Source: Vulcanimicrobiota bacterium
GTDB taxonomy: Bacteria; Vulcanimicrobiota; Vulcanimicrobiia; Vulcanimicrobiales; Vulcanimicrobiaceae
Assembly (NCBI GenBank): GCA_963777315.1
Contig: CAVZQC010000002.1
Location: 224,001-288,000 of the forward strand
DNA: 64,000 bases
Reading direction: 5' to 3'
In this document: positions 58,338 to 64,000 of the stretch, piece by piece
How positions within the stretch are numbered: the stretch's first letter is position 1
Layout of the letters: every line of letters begins with the position of its first letter
The notes under the pieces: generated by a model
Told to the model about the DNA's origin: nothing
What the model saw: only the letters and a program-made list of their open reading frames with translations
Database searches by the model: none
Program-made: the position numbers and the translations under genes

Positions 58338-59416
58338 ACGAGCTGTTGCCGGCAGGCGTCAACATGCGCCGCGCCCATCGGCTGGGAACGCACCGCGTGA
58401 TCGATCCGCCGGGCGCGATGCCGCAAACCGCGCGAGTGCTCGATAATACGCCGGCTGTTTTCGAAAACGAGATCCTGTGCCGCGTCGAAACGCTGAACAT
58501 CGACTCCGCATCGTTCAAGCAGATTCACGACCACTGCGGCGGCGATGCGGGACGCATCGCCGACCATATCGCGCAGACCGTGCGCGAGCGGGGTAAGCAG
58601 CACAACCCGGTGACGGGAAGCGGCGGGATGTTCATCGGCCGCGTGCTCGAGATAGGATGCGAGCTGCGCGACTCGATCGACCTGCGGCCGGATGACCGCA
58701 TCGCGTCGCTCGTGTCGCTGACGCTCACGCCGCTGTATCTGGAATCCGTACGCAGCGTCGACGCCGCAACCGGCCGCGTTGCAGTCGACGGCACGGCGAT
58801 CCTGTTCGCGTCCGGACTGTGGGCAAAGTTGCCGCCGGATATCCATGACGACGTCGCGCTGGCGGCTTTCGACGTCGCGGGTGCGCCCGCACAGGTGCGG
58901 CGCATGGTCAAACCCGGGATGACCGTCGTCATCATCGGCGCCGACGGAAAATCCGGCATGCTCGCGTGCGCCCAGGCCAAAGCGCAAGCCGGGCGCGGCG
59001 GACGCGTCATCGGCGTAGCGCCCGATGCGCGCACCGCCGCTGCGCAATTGCTCGCGCGCACCGGCCTGGTGGATGCCTTCATCGAGGCCGACGCGCGCGA
59101 TACGCTCGACCTGGCGCAGAAAGTGGCGCACGCCGCGCCGCAGCTGGCCGATTTGACGGTCAATTGCGTCAACGTGCCGGGGACCGAGCTCGCGTCGATC
59201 CTTTGCACCAAAGATGAGGGCGTCGTCTACTTCTTCTCGATGTCGACTTCGTTCACCGCGGCCGCACTGGGCGCCGAGGGCGTGGGTAAGGACGTCACGA
59301 TGATCGTCGGCAACGGGTACGCCAAGGGCCATGCCGACGTCGCGCTGCAGACGCTGCGCGACAATCCCGACATCCACGAATATTTCCGCACGACGTATGC
59401 TGGGAGCCGTTCATGA
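58334..59416 (+). CDS. kdd: L-erythro-3,5-diaminohexanoate dehydrogenase
   Basis: GTHRVIDP.G.MPQ.A, LNIDSASF.QI, RGKQHNPVTGSGGM, LVSLTLTPL, DVAGAPAQ, FFSMSTSFTAAALGAEGVGKD. Confidence 0.9.
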   Translation: MNELLPAGVNMRRAHRLGTHRVIDPPGAMPQTARVLDNTPAVFENEILCRVETLNIDSASFKQIHDHCGGDAGRIADHIAQTVRERGKQHNPVTGSGGMFIGRVLEIGCELRDSIDLRPDDRIASLVSLTLTPLYLESVRSVDAATGRVAVDGTAILFASGLWAKLPPDIHDDVALAAFDVAGAPAQVRRMVKPGMTVVIIGADGKSGMLACAQAKAQAGRGGRVIGVAPDARTAAAQLLARTGLVDAFIEADARDTLDLAQKVAHAAPQLADLTVNCVNVPGTELASILCTKDEGVVYFFSMSTSFTAAALGAEGVGKDVTMIVGNGYAKGHADVALQTLRDNPDIHEYFRTTYAGSRS

Positions 59417-60786
59417 TAGAGATCGTTCATAAAAAACCGCCTGTTGCGCCCGAAACGCTCGAATACAAAAATCTCAAGCAAGGCGAGTTCTGGCGTCACG
59501 TTCCGGCGTACAGAGAAGTCGACGAGACCACGTTCCTCGACCACCTTTGGCAGCAAAAAAATGCGGTCAAAACGCCCGAAGAGCTGCTCCGCACGATCGA
59601 AGGGCTGGCGGCCCCTTCGTTCATTCAGGATGCCGCCGAAGGTTTCCGGCGCGCGCCCATGGCGGTGCGCGTGTCGCCGTACGCGCTCTCGCTGATCGAT
59701 TGGAACGAACCGTACAACGATCCGATTCGCCGGCAGTTCATCCCGGTTGCCAGTACGCTGCTGCCCGACCATCCGCGTCTGACGTTGGATTCTCTGCACG
59801 AACAAGACGATTCGCCGGTCCCGGGCCTGGTGCACCGCTACGTCGACAAAGCGCTGTTTCTGCCGCTGAACACGTGCCCGGTCTACTGCCGGTTCTGCAC
59901 GCGCTCGTATGCGATCGGCCCCGACACGGAAAGCGTCGACAAAGCATCGCTGGCCAAGACGCCCAAGCAGTGGGAAGATGCGTTCAAATACATCGCCGAG
60001 CGCCCGGAGTTGGAAGACATCGTAATCTCCGGCGGCGACACCTATCAGTTACCGCCCAAGAACATCGAGCTGATCGGAAACGCGCTGCTCGACATTCCGC
60101 ACGTACGGCGCATGCGCTTTGCCACCAAAGGGCCGGCCATCATGCCGATGAAGATCATCACGCACATGGAATGGCTCGACGCGCTCACGTCGGTCGTCCA
60201 GCGAGGGCGCACGCTTGGCAAAGACGTCGTTCTGCACACGCACTATAACGCTCCGGAAGAGATCACTTGGATCAGCGAGCGCGCGATGGCCATGCTGTTC
60301 GAACGCGGAATCTTCGTGCGCAACCAGTCGGTCCTCATCCGCGGCGTCAACGATACTCCCGAGCGCATGCAGCTGCTGGTCAAGCGCCTCGGCCACGTGA
60401 ACGTTCATCCCTATTACGTGTACATGCACGACATGGTCAAGGGCGTAGAAGAGCTGCGCACCACCGTGCAGACCGCGGTCGACATCGAGAAATTCGTGCG
60501 CGGGAGCACGGCGGGTTTCAATTGCCCCACCTTCGTGTGCGACGCACCGGGCGGCGGCGGCAAGCGCGACGTGCACAGCTACGAATATTACGACCGCGAG
60601 AACGGCATCGCGGTGTATGCGGCGCCGAGCGTCAAGCCCGGCAAAGCCTTCGTCTATTTCGATCCCATCGACAAGCTCTCTGCTGAGGCCCAGGCGCGCT
60701 GGGCGGTCAAGGAAATCGCGGAGCGCATGGTGCACGAAGCGCTGAGCAAAGCCGGCGCCGGAGACGAGCAGCTCGTCCTGGCCTAG
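59413..60786 (+). CDS. kamA: Lysine 2,3-aminomutase-like radical SAM enzyme
   Basis: DPIRRQF, HRY.DK.LFL, CPVYCRFCTR (CxxxCxxC), ISGGD, NQSVLIRGVND, PYY, DAPGGGGK (PLP lysine). Confidence 0.9.
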   Translation: MIEIVHKKPPVAPETLEYKNLKQGEFWRHVPAYREVDETTFLDHLWQQKNAVKTPEELLRTIEGLAAPSFIQDAAEGFRRAPMAVRVSPYALSLIDWNEPYNDPIRRQFIPVASTLLPDHPRLTLDSLHEQDDSPVPGLVHRYVDKALFLPLNTCPVYCRFCTRSYAIGPDTESVDKASLAKTPKQWEDAFKYIAERPELEDIVISGGDTYQLPPKNIELIGNALLDIPHVRRMRFATKGPAIMPMKIITHMEWLDALTSVVQRGRTLGKDVVLHTHYNAPEEITWISERAMAMLFERGIFVRNQSVLIRGVNDTPERMQLLVKRLGHVNVHPYYVYMHDMVKGVEELRTTVQTAVDIEKFVRGSTAGFNCPTFVCDAPGGGGKRDVHSYEYYDRENGIAVYAAPSVKPGKAFVYFDPIDKLSAEAQARWAVKEIAERMVHEALSKAGAGDEQLVLA

Positions 60787-60867
60787 CCCGCTAAGGACCC
60801 TTGGCCGCGGCAGCCGCCTTTGCTATCGTAGGCAAAGAGCGCGCCATGCAGGCGCGCAGAGGTGGTT

Positions 60868-62139
60868 ATGGCACTCGACCTGTCGGCGGTTCAAGCGCAG
60901 CGCAACGTGTGGGACATGGCTCAAGAACAGCTCGACGGGGCCGCGCGCCTCATCGGACTGGCCGACTCCATTGCGGGCTTTTTACGCGAGCCCAAGCGCA
61001 TCTTAGAAGTTTCGGTGCCGGTGCGCATGGACGACGGCACGTTTCGCATGTTCAAAGGCTACCGCGTGCAGCACAACCTGTCGCGCGGGCCGTCCAAAGG
61101 CGGAATTCGATTTCATCCGGACGTGACGCTGGACGAAGTCAAGGCGCTGGCAATGTGGATGACGTGGAAATGCGCACTGGTCAACATTCCGTTCGGCGGC
61201 GCCAAGGGTGGTGTGATCTGCGATCCCAAGTCGCTGTCCATGCAGGAACTGGAAAATCTCACGCGCCGCTTCACCAGCGAGATTTCGATCATCATCGGTC
61301 CGGAGAAAGACATTCCGGCGCCGGACGTTTACACCACGCCGCAGATCATGGCGTGGATCATGGACACGTATTCCATGCAGCGCGGCTACTCGGTTCCCGG
61401 CGTGGTTACGGGTAAGCCCGTATCGATCGGCGGATCGCTCGGGCGCGACAAAGCGACGGCGCGCGGCTGTTTGTACGTCGTCGAAGAGGCGATGCAGGTG
61501 CTCGGCATGCGGGTTGAGGGCGCGCGCGTTGCCATTCAAGGCTTCGGCAACGCGGGCATGTATGCCGCCGAGCTGATGGCAGAGCGCGGCTTTGCGATCG
61601 TCGCCGTTTCGGATTCGCGAGGCGGAATCGCCAACCCCGGCGGCCTCGACGTTGCCGGCGTGGTCGCGCACAAAAACGAAACGGGGTCGGTTGCGGGGTT
61701 TTCGGGAGGCGATGCGATCAGCAACGCCGATCTGCTGGAAGTCGACTGCGAAGTGCTCGTACCGGCTGCACTCGAGAAGGTCATTACCGGGGACAACGCG
61801 CCGCGCATTCGCGCGAAGATCATCGCCGAAGCCGCGAACGGTCCGACCATTCCGCAAGCCGACCGCATCCTGGAGGATCGCGGCGTCATGGTGCTGCCCG
61901 ACATTCTCGCGAACGCGGGCGGCGTAACCGTGTCGTACTTCGAATGGGTACAAGACCTTCAGGAGAACTTCTGGGAAGAGCACGAGATCAACGACCGGCT
62001 CAAACGCAAGATGACGCGAGCGTTCCGCGAAACGCACGAGATCGCGCAGCGCATGAATATCGACATGCGGCGCGCAGCGTACGTCGTTGCCGTCGGCCGG
62101 GTCGCCGACGCCACCAAACTGCGCGGGCTCTACCCCTAA
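60868..62139 (+). CDS. gdhA: Glu/Leu/Phe/Val dehydrogenase (glutamate dehydrogenase-like)
   Basis: GYRVQHN..RGPSKGGIRFHP, GGAKGG, DIPAPDV, GKP...GGSLGR, QGFGNAG, EAANGP, NAGGVTVSYFEW. Confidence 0.92.
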   Translation: MALDLSAVQAQRNVWDMAQEQLDGAARLIGLADSIAGFLREPKRILEVSVPVRMDDGTFRMFKGYRVQHNLSRGPSKGGIRFHPDVTLDEVKALAMWMTWKCALVNIPFGGAKGGVICDPKSLSMQELENLTRRFTSEISIIIGPEKDIPAPDVYTTPQIMAWIMDTYSMQRGYSVPGVVTGKPVSIGGSLGRDKATARGCLYVVEEAMQVLGMRVEGARVAIQGFGNAGMYAAELMAERGFAIVAVSDSRGGIANPGGLDVAGVVAHKNETGSVAGFSGGDAISNADLLEVDCEVLVPAALEKVITGDNAPRIRAKIIAEAANGPTIPQADRILEDRGVMVLPDILANAGGVTVSYFEWVQDLQENFWEEHEINDRLKRKMTRAFRETHEIAQRMNIDMRRAAYVVAVGRVADATKLRGLYP

Positions 62140-63431
62140 ACCCCGGCACCAGCTGCTGCGCTGCGCATAAGCACCGGACCGCGCGGCCGAAGCGTAATGA
62201 CCGGATCGGGCAATACCGCTTCGTCGGGCGAAGCGAGCTCGAAGCGAAACCGCGTTGCCAAGGCCGCAATTTCGATGCGGGCTTCATTCCAGGCGAATTG
62301 ATCGCCTAGGCACTTTCGCGAACCGGCTCCGAACGGGAAATACGCCATCGGCGGCAGCTCGGGAGCGCTCAGCCATCGCTCCGGATCGAAGCGCTCGGGC
62401 CGATCGAAATACTGCGCCGAGCGATGCATGACCAGCTGGCTCATCAGAACGGTGCCGCCTTTGCGAATTCTCCAACCCGCGGCGTCGACATCGCGCAGTG
62501 CGTCGCGCCCCAGGATCCACGCCGGCGGGTAAAGTCGCAGCGTTTCGCTCAGCAGCGCGTCCAGATACGCCGAGTCCCGGCCGGCGCGCAGCTCGTCGCG
62601 CAAACGGCGTGCGACGTGCGGATGCCGCGCGAGCTGATACCACGTCCAGGTCAGAGCATTTGCGGTGGTTTCGTGTCCCGCCACGAAAAGCGTCATCACT
62701 TCGTCGCGCACCTGAGCGTCGCTCAGGCGCTTTCCGTCGTCGTCCCGGCACGCCAGCAGCATGGACAGCGCGTCGCCGCGATCTTCGCCGCTGCGGCGGC
62801 GTTGCGCGATCAGGCGCAGTACGATTTCGTCCAGGACCGCGCGTGCGCGACGAAACCGCCGCATCGGCCCGAAGGGCAGCACGCGCGTGAGCGCGCCGAA
62901 AGGCCCGAGCACGTCGGGAAAAATCGTAACCACCTCGTGCAGTGCGCCCGCCACCCGGTCTGCTTCTTCGCCGGCGTCGGCACCGAACAGCGTCTTTGAC
63001 GCGATGCGCAGCGTGAGTTCCATCATCTCGGCGTGCATGTCGAAAACGCCTTCGGGCGGGTTCCAGCTTTGCGCGTACTCGAGCATGGTCTGCGCGTATG
63101 CGGCAATGCGCTGCTTGTGAAACGCCGGCTGCACGATGCGCCGCATACGTTTGTGCAGCGGCTCTTCACTCGTGACCAGGCCTTGGCCCAGCAGCGCGCG
63201 CATGGCGCGCGTGCCCTCCGATTTGACGAAATCGTGCTGACGGTTCACGAGCACGTCTTTGACGGCGGCGGGGTCGTTGAGAAAATAGAACCGACGCCAG
63301 GGCACGCGGAACGTAACGACCGGTCCGTATTCGCGCTCGACTTCGGCAAGGAATACGGGAAACTCGCGCAGCGGCGTGCTGCGCAGGCGGCGATACGTGC
63401 GCCACATGCTCGGACCCGGCGGCTCGCGCAT
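62136..63431 (-). CDS. Cytochrome P450
   Basis: AGHETT (I-helix), ETLR (ExxR), FDPERW, FPFGAGSRKCLG (heme Cys). Confidence 0.95.
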   Translation of the reverse strand: MREPPGPSMWRTYRRLRSTPLREFPVFLAEVEREYGPVVTFRVPWRRFYFLNDPAAVKDVLVNRQHDFVKSEGTRAMRALLGQGLVTSEEPLHKRMRRIVQPAFHKQRIAAYAQTMLEYAQSWNPPEGVFDMHAEMMELTLRIASKTLFGADAGEEADRVAGALHEVVTIFPDVLGPFGALTRVLPFGPMRRFRRARAVLDEIVLRLIAQRRRSGEDRGDALSMLLACRDDDGKRLSDAQVRDEVMTLFVAGHETTANALTWTWYQLARHPHVARRLRDELRAGRDSAYLDALLSETLRLYPPAWILGRDALRDVDAAGWRIRKGGTVLMSQLVMHRSAQYFDRPERFDPERWLSAPELPPMAYFPFGAGSRKCLGDQFAWNEARIEIAALATRFRFELASPDEAVLPDPVITLRPRGPVLMRSAAAGAGV

Positions 63432-63865
63432 CAGAGGTCGATGAGCGGGATGCCGACGTCCGGGCAATCGGAACGGCGCAGCGGCACGCGTACCTCTTGA
63501 ACGAACAGTTCCAGCGTGGGGCGCACCGTTGCCGACAGAAGATGTCCGCCGGCGGCGGTGCCGTCACGGCGCCCGACCACGCAATGCGCGTGAATTTTCG
63601 GCTTGCCCCGATATTGCGTCACGTTGCCTAAAAACGACAGCAGCTCCACTTGATCGTCGATTTCGATCGGCACGTACCGTTTTTCGCCCATGTCGTAATA
63701 TCCGACGGTCGCACGCCGCAGACCACCGATTCCCGACAAGCTCGCGCATAACACGTCTTCTGCGATGCAAAACTGCTCGAGCACGTCGAGCACGTCGTCG
63801 CCGATTCCCAGGACCAGCGCAAACATGCGCGCGCCGGTATCCTCTGCGAGCAGCGCGTACTTCAT
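63431..63865 (-). CDS. PPC / DUF296 domain protein
   Basis: GIGGL, ELLSFLGNV, HAHCVVG..DG...GGHL, PTLEL. Confidence 0.88.
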   Translation of the reverse strand: MKYALLAEDTGARMFALVLGIGDDVLDVLEQFCIAEDVLCASLSGIGGLRRATVGYYDMGEKRYVPIEIDDQVELLSFLGNVTQYRGKPKIHAHCVVGRRDGTAAGGHLLSATVRPTLELFVQEVRVPLRRSDCPDVGIPLIDL

Positions 63866-63870
63866 CCGCG

Positions 63871-64000
63871 CTATCCTCCGGCTTTTTTAACGGTGTGTCC
63901 GAGATTTTGGACGAATGCGACGATCTTGTCGCGGTGATCGCCTTGGATTTCGACAACGCCGTTTTTCGACGTTCCGCCCGTACCGCACAGCCGCTTGAGC
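63871..64000 (-). CDS. yciH: SUI1/YciH translation initiation factor, 5'-truncated by the window edge
   Basis: Minus strand reads LKRLCGTGGTSKNGVVEIQGDHRDKIVAFVQNLGHTVKKAGG*. Not in the supplied ORF track. Confidence 0.88.
   Translation of the reverse strand, partial: LKRLCGTGGTSKNGVVEIQGDHRDKIVAFVQNLGHTVKKAGG

Noticed and set aside
59413..60786. EF-P modification enzyme EpmB
   Set aside because: It is longer than EpmB, coupled to kdd, and has no efp or epmA nearby, so catabolic KamA fits better.
63564..63956. 130-aa ORF from the track at the window end
   Set aside because: Wrong frame. The region is explained by the yciH 3' end and the DUF296 gene.

Overview
GC-rich bacterial chromosome segment made up mostly of core genes. 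The mix of Lpt-type outer-membrane genes, a meso-DAP MurE, Terrabacteria-style MraZ boxes, a sigmaB-type promoter, a 4-domain S1 and stalk-domain surface proteins suggests a diderm Terrabacterium such as Eremiobacterota/WPS-2. That assignment is inference and was not checked. Contents in order: alr, hisA, gltA; a dcw cluster (mraZ-rsmH-ftsL-ftsI-murE-murF-[CofE-like gene]-mraY-murD-ftsW-murG-murC-murB-ddl, with no ftsQAZ following); a Fic + GNAT insert with a six-site operator; copA, a ferredoxin and a DUF2249-Crp regulator; an S53 peptidase; slt-lptF/G-lptD, a small metallothionein-like gene and lnt-lptC-macrodomain; two KGG stress proteins behind a sigmaB-consensus promoter; a D-aminoacylase; an A2M-like gene-polA-DUF192-mutM-rpsA-[117-bp array]-coaE; an FAH-family gene and split pntAB; two orphan peptide-binding proteins; lrp-kdd-kamA-gdhA; P450, DUF296 and yciH. 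The two most striking signals are: (1) a 117-bp tandem array between rpsA and coaE in which every unit is an SD + GTG + 34-35-codon mini-ORF beginning with a CoaE-like N-terminus (MARIGLTGGIASG...), with each stop overlapping the next SD; (2) a CofE/F420-ligase-like gene translationally coupled between murF and mraY. Six single-base frameshifts (rpsA x2, polA x2, S53, FAH) point to indel errors in the sequence. No rRNA, tRNA, CRISPR array, transposase or integrase was recognised. All family assignments come from motif recognition by eye, with no database search.
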